A DNA stretch of 64,000 nucleotides. Source: Octopus sinensis. Taxonomy: Eukaryota. The DNA lies in the NCBI RefSeq assembly GCF_006345805.1, contig NC_043004.1, positions 80,662,001 to 80,726,000 of the forward strand, in the 5' to 3' direction. The translations under genes were made by a program, and so were the position numbers. Under the pieces are notes generated by a model. It was given only the letters and a program-made list of their open reading frames with translations, was not told the DNA's origin and did not search any database. Below, one piece after another: positions 23,645 to 37,094 of the stretch (position 1 is the stretch's first letter; the number at the start of each line of letters is the position of its first letter).

Positions 23645-24087
23645 ATCATTATCATTATTATTATTGTGTTTTACTTTTAATTTGGTTTCCATTTCTTGCC
23701 CAGTGCCTTCCCGACACCTAGGGCAAAGACACTTGTTGTAAACATTAATTGACCATTATTTTTAACTCAGGTTTTTTTCGAACTCCTGGAGTTTTACATG
23801 TGTAACAGACATGCTGCCTGCAGACTATGGTACCATGCTTTCTGTTCTCTTCAACTATCTAACACTTTCCTTATGATTCTAGCTGTGCCAAGGAAGCAAA
23901 CCTTTTTCTAACAGTTCTACTGAGCATTCTATTCCAATTTCCTTTATATTTCTCTCGATACCTTCTGATACTGTCCCCAAGGACTCAACAATAATTGGCA
24001 CTATCTTCGCCTTCTTTATTTTCCATAACTGGACTATTTCATACTTAAGAGGGTTGTATATGTCTATTTTTTTCCACCTTCCTTAAC
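23645..24087 (-). mobile_element. 3' end of an RLE-type (R4/Dong-like) non-LTR retrotransposon
   Basis: The minus strand reads, with 2 frameshifts, KVEKIDIYNPLKYEIVQLWKIKKAKIVPIIVESLGTVSEGIERNIKEIGIECSVELLEKVCFLGTARIIRKVLDS*. This fits the C-terminus of restriction-like-endonuclease LINEs. Then ~190 nt of 3'UTR. (AAT)n on both sides. Confidence 0.8.
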
Positions 24088-24106
24088 ATCATCATCATCA
24101 TTATCA

Positions 24107-24160
<54 letters not shown>

Positions 24161-25889
24161 TATAATAACTGGCATAAAAGTCTGTAAACTTGTAACTTTG
24201 CAATCAAGACCGTCGACTTAACTAATCGACAAGTTAAGCTCTGTGTTTGCAACTTTGCAATCAAGTCTGCGGAAAGTAGATAGCTTCTACAGGAAGTTCA
24301 CAAGATGCTTAGCTAATTCTGTTCGTCACTGTGCTGGAAGCTAAATCTATGAGATTGTTAGTAATGAAACGATGCCAACTCTTGATATTTTGGTAACAAC
24401 AATAATAAAAACCTAAATGCAATGGAGTTATTGATTTCAAGTGTATTTTTTTAGAGTAAACTGGCGTAATTAATATCAAAAAGGAATTGATATTTCGGAG
24501 CGTGTGTGTAGGTATTCAGGAAATATATATATACACAGTTTCTGTATTGTGTGAGTGTTTGTTTCTTTTTGTGGTATGTGTGGTTTAGCTGTATGGAATA
24601 TATATGCATGGTTGTGCGGTAAGAAGCTGGCCTTCAAGCCACATGGTTCCAGGTTCGGTCTCACAGCATGGCACCATGGGCAAGTGTTTTCTACTACAGC
24701 CTTGGGCTGTCCGAAGCCTTGTAAGTGGATTTGGTTGTCGGAAACTAGAAGAAGCCCAGCGTGTGTGTGTGTGTATAGACAAAAACATGGCTGACAAAAG
24801 AAAAGCCTGAATCGGTACAATGTAAGCATGGTGGCAGGTAACTAATAATATCTTTTACTTGCTTCAATCATTCAACCGTGGCCATACTGAAGCACTGCCT
24901 TGAGGGGTTTTTAGTCAAATGAATCCATGCCAGTACTTGTTTTCAAAGTCTGGTACTTATTCTATCAATCATTTTTGCCAAACTACTAAGTTACAGGGAT
25001 GTAAACAAAGCCAAAACTGATTGTCAAGTGGAGAGGGACAAAATTACTGCATATACCGCAAATGTATATATATATGTATAAGTGTACCAAAATGAATTGA
25101 CAGGTCCACATATAACATACCTCTCAACATTTCTCTGAAATTATGCTCATGTCACATAAATGCAAATTTAATGTTCAAATTTGTAATTAAATTATTGAGC
25201 ATTAATTGAAACGGCTGTAAGAAGCAAAGGTGCAATTTGTTAATAATAAATAATTAACTTCCTTATCTTCATTTTCTATCTTCTTTTAACTGGATATAAA
25301 CCATATGCTTAATATATACCTATTGTTTCAAGGGCATTTCATTCCCCAACAATACTAGATATTGAACCTGTAACTCCTTAGATGCAACCGTCCTTTCATG
25401 AGGTTAACATATCCTCTAATTAATTTAGTATATTTCGTTTTTGCATTTGGTTTGCAAGGTTCTTTATGTGAATTCGTGTGAGAGAGTCAATGACTATTGA
25501 AGAGGTTGCATGACAACGAAATTTTTAGAAAAAATAAATGAGTGGAAATTGAACCAGTGAGTGTGTTAAGAAATAAGACATTAAAACAGAATGACCCTCC
25601 CTGAACACAATAATATATATATATATAATGGATTCTCCTGTCGTTAGACAATGCCTGAGGATTTGACAATTTCTCACTGAACAACTGCACAGAAAATTTG
25701 TTTATAGTGATCAAATGCTTGTGTAAACATAAGCTCACTCCCTCCATCAGATTACCTGTACAGGTGCAACAAGTGCCACATGTCAGATGTTGAAATGATT
25801 GCAGAACAATGTGAAATTCCCAGTCTGGGAATTGAACCCACGATCTCACAATCATGAGTGCAGCACCTTGACCACTAAGCCATGTATCT

Positions 25890-26229
25890 TCACCTTGGGC
25901 AAGTCTCTTCTACTATAGCCTCGGGCTAACCAAAGCCTTGTGAGTAGATTCGGTAGTTGGAGATTGAAAGAAGCCTGTCACGTGTGTGTGAGTGTGTGTC
26001 CTTGCTTTGACATCACATAATTGTTGCAGGTAGATGGTCACTGTGATACAAGCTGTGAACATCGTTTCTAATCTTCTTGGGAAAACATATCTGGCCATGG
26101 GGCAACATTACCTTGCTTACAAAAACAGTTGAAGGTTGGCGAGAGGAAAGGCATCCAGCTGCAGAAAAATCTCTGCCTCAATAAACTCAGTCCAAGTAGG
26201 AAAAATGAGCCTTAAAACAATGTTGATGT

Positions 26230-26235
<6 letters not shown>
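25890..26235 (+). mobile_element. Family-A left arm joined to an alternative right half ending in an RTE-like tail
   Basis: ...gaaagaagcctgtc, (gt)n, a different body, gaggaaaggcatccagc, then (gat)n. A related right half lies at ~23180-23440 and a similar chimera at ~52620-52850. Confidence 0.65.
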
Positions 26236-26274
<39 letters not shown>

Positions 26275-26505
26275 CCGATGATGATGGCTGATGATGACTG
26301 ATGATGATGATGATGACGACGTAAAATGCTTGTGATCCATAGGTGCACATATTTCTTTAGATAAACACATCCTAACACAGCTTCCCAATGTAATTCAGAG
26401 AAGTGAAGCAAAGAATTCCGCTGCTCTTTTGTTTGTTTTTGCTTATTTTCTCTTTTCTTTTTTAAACCCACATTTGTTAACAACTCCCCATAAATTAATG
26501 GGATT

Positions 26506-26668
26506 TTATCTGAGTTCGTGTATGTCTACATACACACATACACGTATATACTTGTTAATATATGTATACATAAGAAAAACATATACATGCATATACGTAT
26601 ATACACTTATATATGTATGTATATATATATATATGTGTGTGTGTGTATATATGTATATGTATGTATAT

Positions 26669-26701
<33 letters not shown>

Positions 26702-26705
26702 GTAG

Positions 26706-26742
<37 letters not shown>

Positions 26743-27024
26743 AATATATATGTGTGTGTATATATGTATATGTATGTATATATCTGTATGTATGTATATA
26801 TATATATATATATGTATGTATATATATATATGTGTGTGTATATATGTATATGTATGTATATATCTGTATATATGTATATATACATACATATATATATATG
26901 TATATGTGTATGTGTGTGTCTGTGTACGTGTACACTTATACATAAATATTCACACACACTAACACATATATATATATATATATCATCATCATATATATAT
27001 ATACACATATATATATATATGCAT

Positions 27025-27057
<33 letters not shown>

Positions 27058-27080
27058 CACACACACACACACATATATAT
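26506..27080. repeat. Compound (TA)/(TG)/(TATG) microsatellite
   Basis: Visible directly. Confidence 0.95.
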
Positions 27081-27671
27081 ATTGGTTGCTTTCTTCTATA
27101 AGAATTTAGTAGCAAAAGGGAGAGAGAGAGAGAGTGAGAGAAAAACGGTGTGTGTGAGGAAAGAAGACCCAATCACAAATGGTTTATCTTTGTAAGCAGA
27201 ATAGCTTTGAGTTTCAGCTGTTCTGTTCAATGATATCCTTGTTGCAGTTTTTAATGATAAAAGTATTTCCCCCCCCCCTTTCTATTCCACCCCCACCCCC
27301 CACCTGAAAAAAATCAACAACTATTGAGCCATATACACACACACACACACACATATATACATACATATACACACACACACACATGTATGGACAGACAAAT
27401 GAAGAAAGAAGGAAAGAAGCAAGCAAGGAAAGAAGGTTTTACAACAGCCAAATACTGGTGCTACCTTTCGGAATGGTATTGTTTCAAATTGTACTATTCT
27501 GGGGCTGCGTTGGCAGAGAGCAGCTGCCCCTGTTAAGAAGCTAAAAGAAAAAGACCAGTTACCATCTGTCCAGCTGTCTGTCTGTCTGTGAGTGTTGTCT
27601 GTATTATGTATGTCTGTGTGGCAGGTAGTGGTGGTGGTAGGGGGGGTATGTATGACTGCAATGATGTATAG

Positions 27672-28009
27672 GCATGTGTGTGGGTGTATAAGCATATGTT
27701 TGTCTGTGTGTGTGTGTATATATACGTGTGTGTATATCTATAGGCATGTATGCAAAAATATATATATATATATATATATGTGTATATGTATTTGTATATA
27801 CATATGTGTGTGTGTGTGTGTGTAAATGCAAATACATGTGTGTATTATACATTTAGGTATAAATACATATCTATATGCGTGTATGCATAAGTATGTGTAT
27901 ATATGTGGATATGTATGTGTAGATACATATGCATACGTGCATGTAGATATGTGTGTTTATACATGTATATTCAGAAACATACACACACAGACACATTTAC
28001 ACAAAGACG

Positions 28010-28049
<40 letters not shown>

Positions 28050-29320
28050 TACACACACACATATTGTATACATATTATTTATATATATTTATGCATTGAC
28101 AAGCATTTACATACATCAAAATGGTCAGTGTGTGTGTATATGTGTATATATATATGTTTATGTTCATGTACATATGCATGAATCATACATACACACACAC
28201 ACATTTATATACACACTTACACATATTACTCTTTTACTTGTTTCCGTCATTTGACTGTGGCCATGCTGGACCACCGCCTTTAGTCAAGCAAATCAACACC
28301 AGGACTTATTCTTTGTAAGCCTAGTACTTATTATATCAGTCTCTTTTGCCGAACCACTAAGTTACGGGGACGTAAACACAGTAGCATTGGTTGTCAAGCG
28401 ATGTTGTGGGGGACAAGCACAGACACAAACATACACACACGTATATACGACGGGCTTCTTTCAGTTTCCGTCTACCAAATCCACTCACAAGGCTTTTGTC
28501 GGGCCGAGGCTATAGTAGAAGACACTTGCCCAAGGTGCCACACAGTGGGACTGAACCCGGAACCATGTGGTTGGTTAGCAAGCTACTTACCACACAGCCA
28601 CTCCTGCGCTATTATATATGTAATTTTTATATCTATGCATTGACAAGCAGATGTGCATCAAAATGGCCATTGTGTGTGTGTGAACCAGATATATGCATGT
28701 GCAGAATAGCTAATATACATGTGTGGCGATGTTCCTATGTGCATTAACATGCATCCATATGCATAAAATATCCATTCCGTTTGGACACATGCATAAGTGG
28801 ATCTCTCTATAAACATACGCATGTATTTATATACGCACTGTCGTACATATTCATGCAATGGTCAACAGATTTGGTATTTGTGTGTGTGTGTGTGTGTGTG
28901 TTTATGTATGTATATGTTTGCAATCATATATGTGACTGTGTGATGTATAGCATGTGTGTGGGTGTATAAGCATATGTTTGTCTGTGTGTGTGTGTGTGTG
29001 TATATATATACGTGTGTGTATATCTATAGGCATGTAAATAAATATATATATATACATGTGTATATGTATTTGTATATACATGTGTGTGTGTGTGTGTAAA
29101 TGCAAATACATGTGTGTATTATACATTTAGGTATAAATACATATCTATATGCGTGTATGCATATGTATGTGTATATATGTGGATATGTATGTGTAGATAT
29201 GTGTGTTTATACATGAATATTCAGAAACATACACACACAGTCACATTTACACAAAGACGCATACATACATACATATATATATATATATACATACACACAC
29301 ACATATATTGTATACATATT
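27672..29320 (+). repeat. ~400-bp direct duplication (27672-28076 and ~28950-29320)
   Basis: Shared non-microsatellite anchors gtaaatgcaaatacatgtgtgtattatacatttaggtataaatac and attcagaaacatacacacacag. Confidence 0.85.
28228..28606 (-). mobile_element. SINE family A, full length
   Basis: Reverse complement of the 22031-22410 copy. Confidence 0.9.
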
Positions 29321-30948
29321 GTATACATGGTTCTGGGTTCAATCCCACTGAGTGGCACCTTGGATTACAGTCTTCTATTACAGCCTCAGGTAAACCAAGG
29401 CATTGAGAGTTGATTTGGTAGATGGAAACTGAAAGAAGCCCATCGTGTGTGTGTGTGTATATATATATTGTCTGTCTTTATGTTCTGAGTTCAAATTCCA
29501 CTGAGGTTGATTTTGCCTTTCTTCCTTTCGGGGTCATTGAATTAAGTACCAGTTGCGTACTGGGGTCAATCTAATCAACTGACACCCCTCTCCAAAAATT
29601 TCAGGCCTTGTGCCTAGAGTAGAAAAGTTATATATACATATATATACACGTGACAACCGGTGTTGGTGTGTTTTCATCCCTGTAACATTGTGGTTCTGCA
29701 AAAGAGACTGATAGAACAAATACCAAAAAAGAAAGGAGTCCTGGGGTCGATTCATTCAACTAAGAGTCTACAAGGTTGTGCTCCAGCATGGCCATAGTCT
29801 AATTACTGAAACAAGTGAAAGATAAAAGCTATACACATAGAATAACCACATGTGTGTGTGTGTGACTGTATATGTATGAGTGCATGTGTGTGTGTGTGTA
29901 TCTATGTGTGTGTGTGACTGTATATGTATGTATGAGTGAGTGTATGTGTGTAAGTGTGTGTGTGCAAGTATGTGTATGAGTGCATGTGTGTGTGTGTGTA
30001 TCTATGTGTGTGAGTGATTGTATATGTGCGTATGAATGAGTGAGTGTATATGTGAGTGCACGTGTGTGTGAGTGAGTGTATGTGTGAATGCCTGCGTGTG
30101 TGTATGTGTGAGTGAGTGTATATGTGTGAGTGTGTGTGTGTGTGTATTTATATATGTACTTGTCTATGGGCAAGCATATATATATACATAACATACATAA
30201 AGTAGCCATATCAGATGTGTGTATATGTGTGCCTGTACGCATGTGTGCGTGTGTGTGTGTGTGTGAGCCACACAATACACATGAATGTACAGACGGTGTG
30301 GGTCGTGGGGCAGGGCAGGGGCAGAGAGATAGAGAGAAAGTGGGGAATGGGGGGGGTTCAGTGTTGTTCTTTATTCTGATTGGCTGATTTTAGTTTAGTC
30401 CCCTGAGGTGATTCCTCCCCTCTTCATTGGATCACAGTGGCTAGACTGAGAAAGAATTCAAACATCTATTTAGTGTGTGTGTGTATGTATATATATGGTG
30501 TGTGTGTATAGTGTGTGTGTGTATGTATGTATATATATGGTGTGTGTGTATAGTGTGTGTGCATGCGTGTGTGTGTGTTATGTAACTGTTGTCTGCTAAC
30601 TCGAAGTTGTCTGAGAGTTGATTTATGTCATTTAATTTCCATTATGTGTATATGTATATATGTATATTTACATATACATGTGTGTTTGTGTGTGTGTATG
30701 TATGTATGTATTCTAGTGCCTGTATCATCATCATCATCATCATCATCGCTTAACGTCCGGTGTGTATGTATATGATGTGTGTATTTATGTATGCATGTGT
30801 ATATGTATTCCAATGACTGAACATGTATTTGTATATATATATGTATGTGTGTGTGTAAGTGTGTGTAGGTGTGTTACTGTGTGTGCAGATGTACGTTTGT
30901 GTATATACATACATATACATCTCTGAGTGTGTGTGTGAGTGTTTATAG

Positions 30949-30989
<41 letters not shown>

Positions 30990-31108
30990 CACACAGATGC
31001 ACGTGTATACACATGTGCACAAATACAAACATGTATGTATATATATATATATATGTGTGTGTGGTATATATATATATATGTGTGTGTATATATATATATA
31101 TATATATA

Positions 31109-33190
31109 GTGAACTGCTACAAAGGTAAAGGTGATGCCCTAGATACAAATAACTACAGAGGTATCAAGCTGTTGGACCAGGTGATGAAGGTTACGGAGAG
31201 GGTCATAGCCCAACTAATTAGAGAGAGAGTTAGTTTAGATGAGATGCAGTTTGGGTTTTGCCAGGGAAAAGTACTACTGATGCTATATTCCTGGTAAGGC
31301 AGCTGCAGGAGAAATACCTAGCCAAAGATAAGCCCCTGTACCTGGCTTTTGTTGACATGGAGAAAGCCTTCGACAGGGTCCCCCGATCCCTTATCTGGTG
31401 GGCAATGAGAAAACTAGGGATAGATGAATGGTTAGTGAGAGCTGTGCGGGCCATGTATAGGGACGCCGCTAGTAGGGTGAGGGTTGGAAATGAGTACAGT
31501 GAAGAATTCCGGGTAGAGGTAGGGGTCCACCAAGGCTCAGTACTCAGCCCCCTTTCTATTTATCATAGTCCTCCAGGCAATAACAGAGGAATTCAAGACA
31601 GGATGCCCTTGGGAGCTCCTCTATGCTGATGACCTTGCTCTAATTGCTGAGTCGCTATCAGAACTGGAGGAGAAGTTCCAGGTGTGGAAACAAGGATTAG
31701 AATCGAAGGGCCTCAGAGTCAATCTAGCTAAAACCAAAGTCGTAATCAGTAGGAGGGTAGACAAATCACAAACACCTTCAGGTAGATGGCCCTGCTCGAT
31801 CTGTAGAAAAGGTGTAGGTAGAAACTCTATAAGATGCACCAAGTGTAAGCTATGGACACATAAGAGATGCAGCAATGTCAAAGGAAGGCTAACTAGGAAG
31901 ATGGTTTTTGTATGTGGCAGATGCTCAGGAACAATAAACACTGAAAATGCTCTGAGACCAACTTCCGTCACTTTCCAGGGAGAAAAACTAGAAATAGTTG
32001 ATAGTTTCCGTTACCTAGGTGACCAAGTCAGCAGCGGGGGCGGGTGTGCTGAAAGTGTAACTGCTAGAGTAAGAATAGCTTGGGCAAAGTTCAGAGAGCT
32101 CTTACCTCTGCTGGTGACAAAAGGCCTCTCGCACAGAGTGAAAGGCAGACTGTATGATGCGTGTATACGAACAGCCATGCTACATGGCAGTGAAACATGG
32201 GCCGTGACTGCTGAGATATGCGTAAGCTCGCTAGAAATGAAGCCAGTATGCTCCGATGGATGTGTAATGCCGGTACTCACACTCGGCAGAGTGTAAGTAC
32301 CTTGAGAGAAAAGCTGGACCTAAGAAGCATCAGTTGTGGTGTGCAAGAGAGACGTTTGCGCTGGTATGGTCATGTGGCGAGAATGGATGAAGATAGTTGT
32401 GTGAAAAAGTGCCACACCCTAGCGGTTGAGGGAACCTGTGGAAGAGGCAGACCCAGGAAAACCTGGGACGAGGTGGTGAAGCACGACCTTCGAACTTTAG
32501 GTCTCACTGAGGAAATGACTTGAGACCGAGACCTCTGGAAGTGTGCTGTGCGCGAGAAGACCCAGCAGGACAAGTGAGTCCACAACCCGTGGCCTTCTAC
32601 ATGGGATGGAGCCAGCCTACGTATGCATACCTTCCCTTCTTGGGACACAAAACTCTACTTGTGAAGACGTGTTGAGGCAAGTGAGGATCAGAATCGAAGT
32701 CGATCAATGGAAATTGCGGATGTGCTACCAGTGCCAGTGGCATGTCGAAACTCTGCTTGTGAAGACCCATTGAGGCAAGTGAGGATCAGAATCGAAATCG
32801 ATCAATCGAAATCGATCAATGGAAATTGCAGATGTGTTACCAGTGCCGGTGGCATGTAAGAGAACTTTCCGTTTCGCGACCGTTGCCAGCACTGCCCCGT
32901 TTCGTGTCCGTTGCCAGCCTCGCCTGGCCCTCGTGCCGGTGGCACATAAAAAGCACCATCCGTTCGTGGCCGTTTGCCAGCTCTGTCTGGCACCAGTGCG
33001 GGTAGCACGTAAAAAGCACCCACTACACTCACGGAGTGGTTGGCGTTAGGAAGGGCATCCAGCCGTAGAAACACTGCCAGATTTGACTGGGCCTGATGAA
33101 GCCTTCTGGCTTCACAGACCTCAGTAGAACCGTCCAACCCATGCTAGCATGGAAAACGGACGCTAAATGATGATGATGATGATGATGATG

Positions 33191-33192
<2 letters not shown>
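31109..33192 (+). mobile_element. 5'-truncated RTE-clade non-LTR retrotransposon (RT, C-terminus, 3'UTR, (GAT)n tail), inactivated
   Basis: Translation gives NYRGIKLL, QFGF, STTDAIF, AFVDMEKAFDRV, GVHQGSVLSP, YADD (31622-31633), FRYLG, RRLRWYGHVAR and GRGRPRKTW. Frameshifts near 31258, 31555 and 32215, and an in-frame TGA at 32521. Ends in (gat)n with (TA)n on both sides. Confidence 0.95.
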
Positions 33193-33238
<46 letters not shown>

Positions 33239-34799
33239 CTTTTATATACACCCGTACTGGCCATTGCAGGTGGGAATATTACAACGAATACCTACCTTAG
33301 AGGTCTCTCCTCCCACCTCCATGCAAGGTTACCTCTCACTACAACTACTCACTCTATTTCAGTTGTTGCTTTTGTTTTCTTGTTTTTTGTTTTTTGTTTT
33401 TTTTTCTTTCCCCCCATCTCCCTGCAATATAAACATGGAACAGTCTACCTTGGCTGCAATCTTCTTTAGAGTTCTAGATTTACAACAGATAAACTGTTGC
33501 TTTGGTTGCTTGTCTCAAGGATTGACATATTATGCGAAGGTGGTGGTGGTGGTGGTGGCCCGGGTGGGGTATAAAATTAACATTAACTGTGATGGTGATG
33601 GTGAGGATGTTGATGATGATGATTATGATGATGTTAGTGATGATGATGATGATTATGATGACTGTGGTGGTGGTAGTGGTGGTGGTGATTTGTTTTACTT
33701 GTCAAATGGACATGAGATGAAGGCCCTGGTGCACCCTTATCAGATGGGTAGTCATGGTGGGTATATTGGGCTTCGTATATTTGTACCCCAGTGTCACTTT
33801 GATGGCATGCACTGCTCTCTCACTCAACAACAAGAACAACAACAACAATAATAATAATAACAATAATAATAATAATAATAATAATCCTTTCTACTGGGCC
33901 TTTCTACAATGCCTGAAATTTGGGGGGAAGGGGTAAGTCAATTACATCGACCCCAGTACTCAGCTGGTACTTAATTTATTGACCCCGCAAGGATGAAACG
34001 AATTTGAACTCAGAACGTGAGGATGGTTAAAATCCCATAAAGCATTTTGCCCAGCATGCTAACAATTCTGCCACAGATCAACACTTTGATGATGACGATG
34101 ACGACGGCGGTGGCGGCGGCGATGGTGGTTATGTTGGCGATGAAAAAGACAGTAAATTTGCTGAAAAACCAATTTATAAATATGTGTCTCTTTTAGTTTT
34201 AGTCATTACACTGTGGCCATGCTGGAGCAGTGCCTTGAAGAATTTTTAGCTGTAGTTTGGTACTTATTCTATCAGTCTCTTTTGCTGAACCACTAAGTTA
34301 TGGCCTTGTGCCTCCAGTACAAAGAATTATTATTATTATTAAAGTCCGCTGAGGTCATCTTTGCCTTTCGTCTTTTTAGGGTCGATAAAATAAGTACCAG
34401 TTGAACACTGGGGTCGATGTAATCAACTCATCCCCACCTCCCCCATGTTGCCCTTGTGGCAAAAATTTGAAATCGTTGTTGTTGTTGTTGTTGAGTGAGA
34501 GAGCAGCATCTCTCCAATTGTTGAGTGGTGATGGACAACAAAGACACACACCTGCACACACACACACATGCACAATGAGCAATAGGGCTTCCTCACAGTT
34601 TCTATCTCCCAGATTCACTGACTAGGCATTGGCCCAAGATGCTGTGCAATGGAACTGAACCTGAATGCACATGGTTACAATGCAAGCTTCTAACCAACAC
34701 ACCCGTGTCACTAAACATAGACACCCATGCACACGCACACACACATGCACACGTGTGTGTACATGTGTGTGTGTGTGTATTGGGAGGAAGAAATAGTTA

Positions 34800-35047
34800 C
34801 TCTTTTATTTCTTTTACGTGTTTCGGTCATTTGCTTGCGACCATGAGGGAGCACTGCCTTTAGTCGAACAAATCAACTCCCAGGACTTATTCTTTGTAAG
34901 CCTAGTACTTATTTTATCAGTCTCTTTTGCCAAGCCACTAAGTTGCAGGGACGTAAACACACCAACATCAGTTGTCAAGCAATGGTGGTGGGGACAAACT
35001 CAGAAGCACAAACATGTACATATATATATACATATACACTCATTATA

Positions 35048-35080
<33 letters not shown>

Positions 35081-35238
35081 ATATGAGATGGGCTCCCTTC
35101 AGTTTCATCTACCAAATCCACTCACAAGGCTTTGGTTGGCCCGATGCAATAGTAGAAGTCACTTGCCCAGGGTGCCACACAGTGGGACTGAACCCGGAAC
35201 CATGTGGTTGGGAAGCAAGCTTCTTACCACACAGCCAC
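34800..35238 (-). mobile_element. SINE family A, full length
   Basis: As above, with an expanded internal (TATG)n. Confidence 0.88.
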
Positions 35239-35393
35239 AGTTTTTACATGGTTTCTTTACGTAGTCTGTATTTCAGTGGGTGGGAGAATAGCAAAAAAAA
35301 ATTGGGGGCTCCATCATATTGAAACTTTATCTTTAACCAGGATTACCATTGAAGCTACATCGTCAAAGAAAAACCCCACGTGTTCATGGCAGT

Positions 35394-35441
<48 letters not shown>

Positions 35442-35827
35442 TGTTCTATGATTAGTTCAGAGAAAAATAAAAAAGATTTGCTTTGCTTGAATCTAAAATT
35501 GTAACTACAAGAGTCTCAAGCGAAAGAAGAGGGAACTGGAATAGTTCTGAGATAAATTCTGGGTTCCAGACATTTGACATTTAAACCATATGTTGTTAGC
35601 TTAAAAGAGTTATATTTTTGGCGGGGAAGAGAGAAAAAAAATGTGTTTTTTGTGTGTGTTTCTGTGCTTGTCTGTATGCGTATGCATGTATATTTGTGTG
35701 CTTATATGTGTATCTATCTACCAATATATGTGTGTGTATGATTGTGTGTGATTGTGTGTAATATGTAATATAGATAAATAGATGTATATGCATGCATGCA
35801 TACATATATATAGGTATTTATGTGTAT

Positions 35828-35871
<44 letters not shown>

Positions 35872-36814
35872 ATATAAATAGATAGATAGATAGATAGATA
35901 GACAGAGAGACAGATAGGTAGATAGATAGATAGATAAATAGACAGATAGGTAGATAGATAGATAGATAGATATGTAGGTAGATAGATAGACAGATAGGTA
36001 GATAGATAAATAGGAGTATATTATGTATGTGTGTATGTATATATAAATAGACACACATACATGCATACATACACACATACACATGAACATATATATACAT
36101 ACATAAAAAAAATATACATTCATACGCACATACCTACATACATACATATATACGCACATACATTCACATACACATACATACATACACACATATCTACATA
36201 CGTACAGACATACATACATCCTTTGCATGTGTATGTGTTTGTGTGTGTTTATATATCTATGTACAAGAGAGGGCAGCAGGTGGAAGGGACATTGGAGCGG
36301 GTGCAGGGATATGCTGCGTGCCCCTTATGTAAATGTATATAATTCCGCATGGTGTTTGTACTCCTTTATTTATTTATTTTCCCTTATTTATTTTGGTATG
36401 TGTGACTTTATAGAGATGAGGGGATGATGTTGGCACTAAAAGGTCAACAGAATTCCAAGAGAAACGGTTGCCTGCTACACTTGGTTCCCTTATTTTGTTT
36501 TGCCCCTTTTTTTTTTTTTTTGTTCCCTCCGTCTAATCTGCCAGGCATCCATCTTTTTGCATCGTGGAGTTTTTATTTTGTTTACATCAGTAAAAATAGG
36601 TGTTAAAATCTCATTCCTCAGTTTTGGTGTTTTTACTGTTGGCATCGTGATTAGTAATTTCATTGCTTGTATAACCCTGAGCCAGTTCTGGATCAATAGA
36701 CATCTAGTCAGATCAAAGATTATCTTGCCTTTTGGATGTGTGTGTGTGTGTGTATACACACACACACACATACATATATATGTATGTGTATGTATGTATA
36801 TAAATATATATATA

Positions 36815-36845
<31 letters not shown>

Positions 36846-36889
36846 GTGTGTGTGTGTATATGTATATATATATATACATATATGTATAA

Positions 36890-37094
36890 CATCATCGTTT
36901 AACGTCTGCTTTCCATGCTGGCATGGGTTGGACAGTTTGACTGAGGACTGACAAGCCAGGAGGCTGCACCAAGCTTGAATCTGCTCAGCCGTTGAAGCCT
37001 TGCCTGATCAGATTGGACCCTGGTGCAGCCTCCTCAGTCAAACCACTGAACCCATGCCAGCATGGACAGCGGACGTTAAACAAATGCTGATGAT
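36890..37094. mobile_element. Two RTE 3'-tail fragments in inverted arrangement with tails facing outward
   Basis: Left arm ~36890-36983 (minus) and right arm ~37005-37094 (plus). tccatgctggcatgggtt is the exact reverse complement of aacccatgccagcatgga. Confidence 0.85.

Noticed and set aside
36412-36606. Acceptor plus a hydrophobic ORF resembling a GPI-anchor signal
   Set aside because: The hydrophobicity comes from a poly-T run, and there is no glypican homology.
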